Positions 8,686 through 17,702 are shown, numbered from the stretch's first letter. The stretch: 61,112 nucleotides of DNA from an uncultured Candidatus Saccharibacteria bacterium (GCA_964419675.1 CAYQPN010000002.1:133073-194184), one strand, 5' to 3'. Made by a program: numbers and translations. Notes: generated by a model from the sequence alone, not told the origin.

Positions 8686-10664
8686 TGTTTAAACACATCC
8701 ACCTCTCTAGTGTTTATTTGTTGATACTAGCTCTAATTTATGTGTTTTTTAGTACCGGGTCGGTGCTAGCATTAAGCGATAGACAAAAAGAACTTATCTC
8801 TCAGGGAATATATTATTATGATCCTGAGATCGACCCATGTGCGAATATTGGTATCCCTACGACTACCGGGGGGTCTGTTACTGCTGGCTCAAAAATTTAC
8901 ATACTAGGTGACTCTATTACAAACCAATCTGCTGAAGAAATTAGAACCGAGTTTAGCGGAAAGCAGTTAGAGATAACTTCTATTAACGCAAGTAGCGGCA
9001 GAGCCATTTCCTATCACAGCACAGATCCAGAAGGCCAAACTGGGATTGATGCCGTGGCTGCAGATATAGACATAATAAGTTCATCCGACGTAGCTTTGGT
9101 TGCGCTAGGTACTAATAGTGGTAACGAGGATCTTAGTGTCCAAATACCGGCGCTGGTTACAGAAATGCGCGCTGCAAACCCTGGAATAGCTATATACTGG
9201 GTTAACTTATTTTCACTATCAAACACAACCACTGTCAGCAAGAATGGAATAATAACAAAATTGTCTTCTGAAAATAAATATAAGGTCATCGATGCGTTCT
9301 CTGCAGGTATCGAACTGGGAGAAGACAAAACCCATCCAACTATAGCCGGTAACACGACATTCGCTAAGACTTTAGCCTCTGGCTTATTATCGGGTGGCAA
9401 CACCGGCATAGTAGGTTCTGGCGGCGTAGGATCAAGCGGCTATAATCCAATCTCGCTTACTTATCCTTCGTTCCCCAATAAAGACGAGATTGTCACTAAT
9501 TTAAAAAAATACATTTCTGAAAGTTTTTCCAGTTCGCCATTTGCATCATCTCCACAGTATGTTGATTATATTTTCAGTGCGAGTGAACAAAAGAATGTTA
9601 ACCCGCTACTAATTTTATCTGTTGCAAAACAAGAAAATGGTTTTGGTTCAGGAAAAAGTGGCGCGGTAGAAAACAATAACTATTTCGGCATGAAAGAAAG
9701 TGACAATGAAAAAGTACAGTTGTATGGTCCATATATAAAGTTTGGTACTCCTGAAGAGGGTATTGAGTTTTTTATAGGGCGAGTAGAGGCTCATGTTAAA
9801 ACTCCTTCAGGCAATTATTCTGAGCTGACTAATTTTTATGAGTACCTTTCTATACATCAAATGGGATTTATTGCTTATCCAAACGAATACCCAGCTCAGG
9901 CGCAAGGTGCAAATGCCACCCCTAAATACCTGATTGGTGACCCGGTTATGGGGGGAGTTCTTGTTAGTTGGGATACTACAGCAAACGATAATAGAACCGA
10001 CGGGTACAAAGGGAAAACGTATAACCCAGGTATATATTTCTCAAATTCAATTGTATTTATTAACAAAATAACGGGATTAAGTCTGTCGCCAGTCCCTGTC
10101 AGGGGTACGTCTACCGATACAGCCTGTCAGCAAGTAGAGCCTGGTGTATCTGGTTTAGTAGACTCAACTGGATATGCTTTTCCGCTTGAACCGCAAACAA
10201 AAAGTGTCGGCGGTGTTACTGATAACCAGACACAGACAAGACACCACGACAAGACACCGGCATTTGATCTCTTTAGTACTGACAGTGCGGATGTTTATGC
10301 GATATTTGGAGGTACCCCAACATTTATAAACACTTCCTTTAAAGGTATTGAGGGCTGCAGCACTATCCAGTTTTTAGCGGATGATGGGTTCTATTATTGG
10401 TATGGGCACCTTAAAAACGTAGTTGTTTCTCAAGGGGTGCATATAGAGGTTGGGACAAAAATGGCTGAAATTGCCGATAAAACGAACTTCGGCTCGGATT
10501 GTTGGGGAGGTGGACCTCACCTACATATTGACAGAGGATGCTCAATTAACGGTGTCCCTCAAACCGGTGGTAGGGACGAGTGCCGAGATCCTGATTTTAT
10601 CCCCTTTCTGAGCTCTTTGTATAGCAGGCTACCTAGTAATTCAGAAGGTGTGAAGAGGTATTAG
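8685..10664 (+). CDS. Secreted three-domain peptidoglycan hydrolase: SGNH/GDSL esterase, lysozyme/glucosaminidase-like domain and M23 metallopeptidase
   Basis: GTG start overlaps the upstream TAG (TAGTG). Signal anchor LSSVYLLILALIYVFF. GDS block KIYILGDSITNQS. The central NPLLILSVAKQENGFGSG resembles a muramidase catalytic-Glu region. M23 motifs are HHDKTPAFDL, YYWYGHL and GPHLHID. Confidence 0.65.
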   Translation: MFKHIHLSSVYLLILALIYVFFSTGSVLALSDRQKELISQGIYYYDPEIDPCANIGIPTTTGGSVTAGSKIYILGDSITNQSAEEIRTEFSGKQLEITSINASSGRAISYHSTDPEGQTGIDAVAADIDIISSSDVALVALGTNSGNEDLSVQIPALVTEMRAANPGIAIYWVNLFSLSNTTTVSKNGIITKLSSENKYKVIDAFSAGIELGEDKTHPTIAGNTTFAKTLASGLLSGGNTGIVGSGGVGSSGYNPISLTYPSFPNKDEIVTNLKKYISESFSSSPFASSPQYVDYIFSASEQKNVNPLLILSVAKQENGFGSGKSGAVENNNYFGMKESDNEKVQLYGPYIKFGTPEEGIEFFIGRVEAHVKTPSGNYSELTNFYEYLSIHQMGFIAYPNEYPAQAQGANATPKYLIGDPVMGGVLVSWDTTANDNRTDGYKGKTYNPGIYFSNSIVFINKITGLSLSPVPVRGTSTDTACQQVEPGVSGLVDSTGYAFPLEPQTKSVGGVTDNQTQTRHHDKTPAFDLFSTDSADVYAIFGGTPTFINTSFKGIEGCSTIQFLADDGFYYWYGHLKNVVVSQGVHIEVGTKMAEIADKTNFGSDCWGGGPHLHIDRGCSINGVPQTGGRDECRDPDFIPFLSSLYSRLPSNSEGVKRY

Positions 10665-10666
10665 TT

Positions 10667-11338
10667 ATGATGAATAAACGCTTGATTAAATTTGTTGTGG
10701 TCTTTGTATTATTGTTGATTAGTCTTCTGTTGCTTATTGCCAAACCACAAGATATTGACCAGCCCCCAGAAGAGGGTACGAATACAGACTACTCTGTGGC
10801 TGCCAGAATTGTTGATGGAGAAAACCTATTCTACCAGCTAGGCGGTGGGTCACGTTTTGATTCTCTCGCTAAAGATCTATATACATACGCAAAATCTAAT
10901 TATGAAAATTATAAGAATAATCCCGATAAGGTTGTTGGCTTTAAGGTAGAAGAGATAACCGAAAATGATCTCGATATTACGATTTATGGACGATACGGAT
11001 CATCAAAAAATAGAATTCAGATTCAAATTAAGCTCCTTAATAATAATAGGCAACACGTCTCTGTTGTAGACACAGTCACAAAAATAAATATCGACGAACA
11101 GCTAGCCTCTAATAATAGTAGAAATGAATATATTGCGACTCTACCAAAGACTGAAAATGGATACAGTGTCGAATATGTAGAAAAAACCGACTCAGTGGTT
11201 ATTAATTTATACGATAGAGATCCAGCACTAGCAGAACAAGCATACAAAGATTTGTTAAATATTGTTGGTGCTGAGTATTCAGAAGGTCAGCTTCTAATAG
11301 TAAATTTTCCTCCGCCGAGTTTTGGCGAAGATTTTTAG
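10667..11338 (+). CDS. Membrane-anchored extracytoplasmic protein, unknown function; last gene of the T4SS-like cluster
   Basis: N-terminal TM helix LIKFVVVFVLLLISLLLLIA. It starts 2 nt after the upstream stop. Its 3' end overlaps the convergent recF by 4 nt. Confidence 0.45.
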   Translation: MMNKRLIKFVVVFVLLLISLLLLIAKPQDIDQPPEEGTNTDYSVAARIVDGENLFYQLGGGSRFDSLAKDLYTYAKSNYENYKNNPDKVVGFKVEEITENDLDITIYGRYGSSKNRIQIQIKLLNNNRQHVSVVDTVTKINIDEQLASNNSRNEYIATLPKTENGYSVEYVEKTDSVVINLYDRDPALAEQAYKDLLNIVGAEYSEGQLLIVNFPPPSFGEDF

Positions 11339-12381
11339 CTTTGTTGCATAGGAATTATGTTGCAGTTTGTGAAATGATCAATAACAACATCTGCGTCGGT
11401 AGTTGTGATGAACGTTTGGTAGTCTTGCAAGGCTTCGGCCAAACTTCTGCGCCTTGCTCCGTCTAACTCACTAAAAACGTCGTCCAGTAGCAGTATGGGC
11501 TTTTTGCCAGCTTCTTGGCCAACCAGCTCAAGCTCAGCAATTTTTAACGCTAGTATTATGCTTCTAACTTCTCCGCGAGAAGCAGTTTGGCGCACGTCAG
11601 AATTCTTTAGTTCTATATATAAATCATCACGATGTGGGCCAGCTCCGGTAAAACCTCTTTGAATGTCTTTTTCGACATTACTGCGCAGATACGCCATTAA
11701 CTGGTCCCCGTAGTTATTGATGGTTAGTTTTGAAGCGTAGCTAATTGATAGCTTTTCTTTAGAGCTACTTATTTTCTTGTAGTGAGAGTCGCAAACCAGC
11801 TGAAGTTTTTCTACCAACTCACGCCGGGCAGAAACAATTGCTCCAGCCTTATCTACTAGTTGAACGTCCCAGACAAATAGTGTGTCTGGGGAAGGGTTAT
11901 TAGACTTTAAAAGACGATTACGCTGGGCTAGGGCTCGTTTGTATGAAGTTAGAGTTTGTTTATACCCTGGCTTGATAGTTGATAGTAACGTATCTAGATA
12001 GTTCCTTCTGCGTTCTGGTTCACCACCAAGAAGCAACATGTGTTCCGGCTCAAAAACCACAACAGGTAAGCTTTTTTGTGGACTCATTCTATATTTTGAT
12101 TCGCCATCAATTTCGATAAGTTTTTGTTTTTCAGATTGCAACTTTATAACTCTTGTCCCGTCGCTAGTTAGGGCCTCCAGCCTGGCCCATTTTTCGCCAT
12201 TTTTTAGCATGTCTTTATCTGAAGCCTTAAAACTATTCCCGCAACAAATTACATGAAGTGCTTCCAATAAATTAGTTTTTCCACTAGCATTAGGCCCAAC
12301 AATAATGTTCACGCCCGGCTCAAAACCAAATAGGCCGTTTTTATACGACCTAAAATTAGTTAGCTCCAGCGTCTGCAACAT
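11335..12381 (-). CDS. recF: DNA replication and repair protein RecF
   Basis: MLQTLELTNFRSYKN, Walker A GPNASGKTNLLEAL, and C-terminal ILLLDDVFSELD. Canonical dnaA-dnaN-recF order. Confidence 0.93.
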   Translation of the reverse strand: MLQTLELTNFRSYKNGLFGFEPGVNIIVGPNASGKTNLLEALHVICCGNSFKASDKDMLKNGEKWARLEALTSDGTRVIKLQSEKQKLIEIDGESKYRMSPQKSLPVVVFEPEHMLLLGGEPERRRNYLDTLLSTIKPGYKQTLTSYKRALAQRNRLLKSNNPSPDTLFVWDVQLVDKAGAIVSARRELVEKLQLVCDSHYKKISSSKEKLSISYASKLTINNYGDQLMAYLRSNVEKDIQRGFTGAGPHRDDLYIELKNSDVRQTASRGEVRSIILALKIAELELVGQEAGKKPILLLDDVFSELDGARRRSLAEALQDYQTFITTTDADVVIDHFTNCNIIPMQQS

Positions 12382-12440
12382 AGTACTAGTTTACAGTTTT
12401 TAGTTTATAGTTTACAGTTTCGTGTTCTAATGCCTATATC

Positions 12441-13532
12441 CTAGCTCTTAACCGGCATAATGACGTGTAAATAGTCATCATTGTCTGGGTCGGTCAAAAC
12501 GCAAGGATCTAATTTACCGTTAACATTTATAGTGATTTTTGTGCCATTAAATGCGCCCAGTGCGTCAAGTATGTATCTTGAGTTCATGGTAATAACTGCA
12601 TCACCGGTAACCTCAGCTTCAGCTGTAGCATTATTTTCACCAACTTGAGACGCAATAGATTTGATAGAAATTTGTTTTGCTTCCTGCTCAATCGCAACAG
12701 TAACTCCACCGGCCGCTTCACGGGCAAACAAGCTTGAAACCTTTGTAACTTCTTGGAGGTTTTGCTTGTTAAGTGTGGCTGTGGTTGCGTAGTCTTTTGG
12801 TAAAAGCTTGCGGTAATCTGGGTATTTTCCTTCGATTAAACGAGTAACGAGTTCTACTGAACCAATATTAAATCTGGCTTGTTGCTCATCATATTTCATA
12901 ACAACCGTCTCTACGCCGTCATGCATAACTCTTAGCGCATCTTGGAGTGAGTGAGCGGGTAGAAGCAAGGAAACTTCTCCTTTATGCTTCATAATTCTTC
13001 GCTCAGCTAGGCGATATGAGTCAGTTGCAGCACCGTATAAAAAACCACCCTCTGTGTGTAAATACAGCCCTGTTAGCACTGGTCGAGCTTCGTCGTTAGA
13101 TGCGGCAAACAATACCTGCTGAAGAGTGTTTTTAAAATCTTGAGCTCTTATGTTTAGCTCCTCGCCTTTTTCAATTGTTGGCATTTCTGGAAAATCATCG
13201 GCGGGCGTACCGTTGATTGTTGAGCTGTGGTGTTCGGTTGTTAGTTTTAGCTTATTTTCTTCAACCTCTAGGCTAAGTGTGCCGGTAGGAAGAGAGGAGA
13301 CATAATCTTGCATTAGACGAGCTGGAACAGTGATAGAGCCTTCTTTTTTTATCTTTGCTCCGATAGTTTCGCTGATGGCTACGTCAAGGTTGGTTGCCGC
13401 AACAAGAAGTTGGTTGTTGATAGTCTTGATTAAAACGTTTGAGAGAATTGGTAATGATCCTCTAGAGCTGGCAATTCTTGAAACGGTTGATAGGGCTCTG
13501 GCTAGATTTTCTTGGGTTACGCTAAGTTTCAT
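12441..13532 (-). CDS. dnaN: DNA polymerase III beta sliding clamp
   Basis: MKLSVTQENLARALSTVSRIASSRGSLPILSNVLIK. Length is 363 aa. Located between dnaA and recF. Confidence 0.93.
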   Translation of the reverse strand: MKLSVTQENLARALSTVSRIASSRGSLPILSNVLIKTINNQLLVAATNLDVAISETIGAKIKKEGSITVPARLMQDYVSSLPTGTLSLEVEENKLKLTTEHHSSTINGTPADDFPEMPTIEKGEELNIRAQDFKNTLQQVLFAASNDEARPVLTGLYLHTEGGFLYGAATDSYRLAERRIMKHKGEVSLLLPAHSLQDALRVMHDGVETVVMKYDEQQARFNIGSVELVTRLIEGKYPDYRKLLPKDYATTATLNKQNLQEVTKVSSLFAREAAGGVTVAIEQEAKQISIKSIASQVGENNATAEAEVTGDAVITMNSRYILDALGAFNGTKITINVNGKLDPCVLTDPDNDDYLHVIMPVKS

Positions 13533-13785
13533 TACTATGATTCTCCTAAGTTATTTATTTAAGTATTTAGTTTCTATAGGGTCTGAGTACAATGGGTATA
13601 AACCGCCAATTATAGGTGTTAAAAACGAAGCCTGGCTGGGTATAAGTTGGGTGTATATGACTCGTATAAAAAGAGCACAACCCTCAATTGCAAATTTTTG
13701 GGTGTTTATAAATAATGAATTAAACACAGTTTGTACCACAATGTTTAAAAGTTGTACTACAAATACACACAGCTTTTGCACAGCC

Positions 13786-15159
13786 CTAAACATACAGTCT
13801 CCCACGAAGCTCAACAAGCTGTTGGCGGACTGTTGCATCAAGATTTAACTCTTTTTCTATCTTATCGACAGAGTGTATGGCAGTTGTATGGTCTTTTCTG
13901 CCTAGCTCACGAGCAATCTTAGGAAAACTCATATGAAGCTCGCTCCTTAACATATACATTGCAATTTGGCGCGGGTAGACAATATCTTTATCCCGCTTTG
14001 GGCTAAGAATGTCGTCTAATGAAACAGAGTAATAACGGGCAGTTCTCTCAATAATTTGCTTAGGTGATACGTGTTTTGGACGAGATTTTGCGCTGCCCAA
14101 AAGCGTTTGGGCAACCTGAAGGTCTGGCTCAAGGTCACGCATCTCACAAAAAGCCAGAAGCTGGTTTAACACACCTTCAAGCTCTCTAATATTAGTGGTA
14201 ATAAGATTAGCTAAAAACTCAACTACGTCTGGCTCAAGCTTTAAATTGTGGTTATGCGCTTTAGTTTGGATGATTGCGCAACGGGTTTCAAAGTCCGGAA
14301 TCTGCATATCAATCGACATACCCCAAGCAAAACGAGATCTCAAGCGCTCCTCGAGAGTCGGTATGTCTTTTGGTGGCTTATCGCTACTAATAATAATCTG
14401 CTTGTTTGCCTGGTGTAGGGCGTTAAAGGTATGAAAAAACTCTTCCTGGGTCTTCTCTTTACCAGCAATAAACTGAATGTCATCAATAATCAGCACATCG
14501 GCGCTTCTATAGTGCCCCGCAAAATCAGTATTTTTCTTATATCTAATTGCATCCAAAAACTCCTGCACGAACTGCTCGGTCGATAAATAAACAACATGTG
14601 CGTCAGGGTTTTTCTTCAAAATTTCATTACCTACAGCCTGAATAAGGTGTGTTTTTCCTATACCAACACCACCGTAAACAAACAACGGGTTATATTTATC
14701 CCCAGGGCTGTTCGCAATAGCTTGGCAAGCCGCATAAGCCAGTTCGTTTCCTGAACCAACCACAAAATTATCAAATGTATATCTGTCGTTTAAACCACGC
14801 CGATAGGTGTGGGTCAACGACGACACCGATTTCTTAGGAGCAGGTTTGTTGTTGGCGGCGGAGTTGTCCAAAACAACCGTATCATTAGTACTTCTTTTTG
14901 AAGGCGAACCAGTGGAGTAAATTTTAAACTCCAATACCTCCGGCCTAACTCCATTTTTATCTAGCACGTCTAAAATGAGCTCTTGGTATTTACGCTCCAA
15001 CTGTTGCTTTATAAAAATATTCGGCACACCTATAACAACAATCGAACTGTCGGCCTGGAGTAGGGTGGTGTTTTTAAACCAAGTTACAAAGTTCCCATGC
15101 GAAACAGTAAGTTCGATTTCACCTAATACTGCCTGCCATAGGCGTGTGTTATCTTGCAC
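13786..15159 (-). CDS. dnaA: Chromosomal replication initiator DnaA
   Basis: AAA+ Walker A GGVGIGKTHL, Walker B LIIDDIQF, and domain IV signature KDHTTAIHSVDKI. A DnaA-box cluster lies immediately upstream. Confidence 0.95.
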   Translation of the reverse strand: MQDNTRLWQAVLGEIELTVSHGNFVTWFKNTTLLQADSSIVVIGVPNIFIKQQLERKYQELILDVLDKNGVRPEVLEFKIYSTGSPSKRSTNDTVVLDNSAANNKPAPKKSVSSLTHTYRRGLNDRYTFDNFVVGSGNELAYAACQAIANSPGDKYNPLFVYGGVGIGKTHLIQAVGNEILKKNPDAHVVYLSTEQFVQEFLDAIRYKKNTDFAGHYRSADVLIIDDIQFIAGKEKTQEEFFHTFNALHQANKQIIISSDKPPKDIPTLEERLRSRFAWGMSIDMQIPDFETRCAIIQTKAHNHNLKLEPDVVEFLANLITTNIRELEGVLNQLLAFCEMRDLEPDLQVAQTLLGSAKSRPKHVSPKQIIERTARYYSVSLDDILSPKRDKDIVYPRQIAMYMLRSELHMSFPKIARELGRKDHTTAIHSVDKIEKELNLDATVRQQLVELRGRLYV

Positions 15160-15451
15160 CGTTGTTTATTCCCTCAACTTACTTTGTCTGTAGTTAATAG
15201 AATAGTACACAACGCAGGACTTTTCCACAGCCAATTACACAACACTTAGAAAAACCAGAATCTTTGCATGAGAGGTGGCTTTATCCACAGTCTCAAATCT
15301 CATCTGTAAAAACTGTGGAGAAAGACTGTGGAAGAGTGGATAAACTCTATCCTAAATTTTTATTTTTGTAAAATAAATAACAAAGATATTTTTTGAGCTC
15401 CAAATATCCACCTTGAAAAATGCCCTCATCAGTGGTAGAATAAACCTAAGT
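15160..15451. other. Candidate chromosomal replication origin (oriC) between dnaA and rpmH
   Basis: DnaA boxes: perfect TTATCCACA at 15281-15289 and TTTTCCACA at 15221-15229. Reverse-orientation boxes: TGTGGAGAA at 15314-15322, TGTGGAAGA at 15327-15335 and AGTGGATAA at 15335-15343. A further box ATATCCACC lies at 15404-15412. An AT-rich tract at about 15353-15396 could serve as the unwinding element. Confidence 0.75.
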
Positions 15452-15589
15452 ATGCCAAAGCGAACATTCCAACCAAAAAAGCGCAAGCGATCACGCGTTC
15501 ACGGATTTATTGAAAGAATGTCTACCCGTACAGGTAGAAAAGTTCTAAAATCACGTCGAGAAAAAGGTCGCAAAAAAATCAGCGCCTAA
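15452..15589 (+). CDS. rpmH: 50S ribosomal protein L34
   Basis: Not in the ORF track because it is only 45 aa. My own translation is [45 protein letters not shown]. Canonical rpmH-rnpA-yidC order. Confidence 0.93.
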   Translation: MPKRTFQPKKRKRSRVHGFIERMSTRTGRKVLKSRREKGRKKISA

Positions 15590-15676
15590 TCTCCAGCCTG
15601 TCGCCTAGCGCCTCCCACCCAACGCCTAACCTATAGCAGTTGAGCTAGTGGCTAAGAAAAGGTATGTTTAAATCAG

Positions 15677-16021
15677 ATGATTGCACTAAAAAACAGATTT
15701 CATGGTCATAATAGCGTTACAAAAGTGCGAGGTACGTCAATTGGTTTAGACGGCTTTAAAGTTTTTTGCGTGCGGAACCATAAAAGAAACGACTATCGCA
15801 TGGCGGTTATAGTTAGTAAAAAAATTGCCAAATCAGCCGTTGTGCGTAACCGAATCAGACGCCGTTTATATGAGGCCGTCAGAGTCTCAGAAAAGTTAAA
15901 TAATAGCCCGGTTGACGCTGTTTTTTTAGTTCAAGACACTAAACTTGCGACCACCCCACATGCCGAACTGACAGCTCAGGTTGAAAAAGCCTGCAGTAAA
16001 ATACTTTCCGCCTGTCTCTAA
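15677..16021 (+). CDS. rnpA: Ribonuclease P protein component
   Basis: Basic RNR motif KKIAKSAVVRNRIRRRLYEAVR. Length is 114 aa. Position follows rpmH. Confidence 0.88.
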   Translation: MIALKNRFHGHNSVTKVRGTSIGLDGFKVFCVRNHKRNDYRMAVIVSKKIAKSAVVRNRIRRRLYEAVRVSEKLNNSPVDAVFLVQDTKLATTPHAELTAQVEKACSKILSACL

Positions 16022-16068
16022 TTTCTCTCTCATAGCGTGATATAGTGGTATAAAAGGAGAAAATAAGT

Positions 16069-17013
16069 ATGTTCACGACTCTTATCGTGCAGCCTATCTT
16101 TAACGTACTGGTGCTGATTTACGCACTTATTCCTGGCCACAACTTCGGTCTGGCAATTATTTTGTTTACAATTGTTACCCGGTTTTTGTTTTACCCAATG
16201 CTTAAAAAACAGCTCAAACACACAAAATCCATGCGCGAGCTTGCACCAGAAATAAAAAAGATTAAAGCTGCTACCAAAGGTAACAAGCAACAAGAATCTT
16301 TAATGACCATGGAGCTATATAAAGAGCGTGAAATAAAACCAATGGCCTACCTGGGGCTAATGGTTATCCAGCTTATATTATTTTTAGCCCTCTTCTCAGG
16401 TTTAAACAAAGTGGTCAAAGACCCCAACCAGCTGGTAGATTTTTCATATAAGCCAATTCAATCTATGAGTGCTATGGTTGAACTTAAAGAAGACATATCT
16501 AAGTTTGATAACACTCTTTTCGGCGTAGTTGACCTGGGCAGAGCAGCTGTTAAGAGCGGTCAACCCTTCTATTTTCCGGCCTTCTTGCTGGTTTTGGGTT
16601 CGGCTCTAATACAGTTCTTTCAAATCAAGCAAACTATGCCCTCGGATAAAAATGCCCGCAAATTGCGCGATATTCTAAAAGAAGCCAACACAGGCACTAA
16701 CGCAGATAGCTCCGAAGTTAACGCTGCCATGGGGCGCAACATGGCCTACTTTATGCCCGTTATGATATTTGTGTTAACGATTGGCTTCCCGGGCGCACTT
16801 TCTCTTTATTGGTTTGTTGGAGGTTTGATTGCCTACGTACAGCAGACTAATTTATTGAAGCAAGACGAATACGCGATAGGCCACATACCTAAAGCAACAG
16901 TTATATCCAAAAAATCTTTAAGAGAAGAAGTTAATAAGGTGGTTGAACCATCGTCTAAAATAAAAACAGCAAAAAAGAAGACCTCCAAAAAAAATCGTAA
17001 GAAGAGGAGGTAG
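16069..17013 (+). CDS. yidC: Membrane protein insertase YidC/Oxa1 family (short Gram-positive type)
   Basis: FGLAIILFTIVTRFLFYPMLKKQLKHTKSMRELAPEIKKIK, multiple TM helices and a basic C-terminal tail KKKTSKKNRKKRR. Confidence 0.9.
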   Translation: MFTTLIVQPIFNVLVLIYALIPGHNFGLAIILFTIVTRFLFYPMLKKQLKHTKSMRELAPEIKKIKAATKGNKQQESLMTMELYKEREIKPMAYLGLMVIQLILFLALFSGLNKVVKDPNQLVDFSYKPIQSMSAMVELKEDISKFDNTLFGVVDLGRAAVKSGQPFYFPAFLLVLGSALIQFFQIKQTMPSDKNARKLRDILKEANTGTNADSSEVNAAMGRNMAYFMPVMIFVLTIGFPGALSLYWFVGGLIAYVQQTNLLKQDEYAIGHIPKATVISKKSLREEVNKVVEPSSKIKTAKKKTSKKNRKKRR

Positions 17014-17117
17014 TTATGTATAGGGAAAAGAGCAGCCAGAAGTTGAATTCATTTCAACTCCTGCGCGATGAGAAAAACCGTCAGGTTTGTCTCATAAGAG
17101 AGTCGCGGAGGTAAATT

Positions 17118-17702
17118 GTGGAAGAATCAATTCAGTTTGCAAAAAAATATCTTGAGGACCTATTGTCGTTCTTCGGCCTGAACATAGACGTTTACGGCAC
17201 CAGTGAAGATGGGGAAGTTATTGAGCTGAACGTGCCCAGCTCTCACCTAAACGGCTTTTTAATAGGTCAACATGGCGACACAGTCAGGTCTATGCAGTAT
17301 TTGATTTCAATGGCGCTTCGTAGCGGAGAATTTGAAATTACAAGGGTTAACGTTGACGTGGCTGATTATAAAAAACAGCGCGCCGGCAGATTAGAAGAAA
17401 AAGCTGTTATTTGGCTAAAAGAAGTTAAAGATTCAGGCAAAGAACGACATTTGCCAGCCATGAATTCAGCTGACCGCAGGACAATTCACCGTTTGGCAGG
17501 CGAACACGGGCTTGAAACTATATCTGAGGGAGAAGGCCGAGACCGCCACATTGTGCTTAAAGTTTCCTCTGGCGAGCCCGCAAACGAAAAAGACGTAGAA
17601 CGGGCCGAATCAGACCCAGCCACTGAGACAACCGAACCAGAAGAAGAAACTCACGACGAAACTGGTGAAGCTCCAGCCGACACTCTAGAAAAAGAAGCAT
17701 AA
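17118..17702 (+). CDS. jag: Jag/KhpB-like RNA-binding protein (KH-like plus R3H domains) with an acidic tail
   Basis: GTG start. R3H region MNSADRRTIHRLAGEHGLETISEGEGRDRHIVL. Conserved position after yidC. Confidence 0.8.
   Translation: MEESIQFAKKYLEDLLSFFGLNIDVYGTSEDGEVIELNVPSSHLNGFLIGQHGDTVRSMQYLISMALRSGEFEITRVNVDVADYKKQRAGRLEEKAVIWLKEVKDSGKERHLPAMNSADRRTIHRLAGEHGLETISEGEGRDRHIVLKVSSGEPANEKDVERAESDPATETTEPEEETHDETGEAPADTLEKEA

Noticed and set aside
2-11338. The T4SS-like cluster as part of an integrative conjugative element
   Set aside because: No integrase, relaxase, coupling protein, att repeat or compositional break is visible in the window, and the cluster abuts recF. This rejection is provisional, because the sequence upstream of position 1 is not available.
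13330-13848. The track ORFs 13330-13848 (+) and 13551-13841 (-) in and around the dnaA-dnaN spacer
   Set aside because: Both overlap the ends of dnaN and dnaA and have odd composition and no recognisable motifs. The spacer is better explained as regulatory or origin-associated DNA.
17016-17114. A 32-codon ORF (MYREKSSQKLNSFQLLRDEKNRQVCLIRESRR) between yidC and jag, and the AGTTGAA-TTCAT-TTCAACT hairpin inside it
   Set aside because: It is too short, has no recognisable similarity, and its ATG overlaps the yidC stop region. The hairpin lacks a following U-tract. It could be an attenuator, but I cannot support either call.
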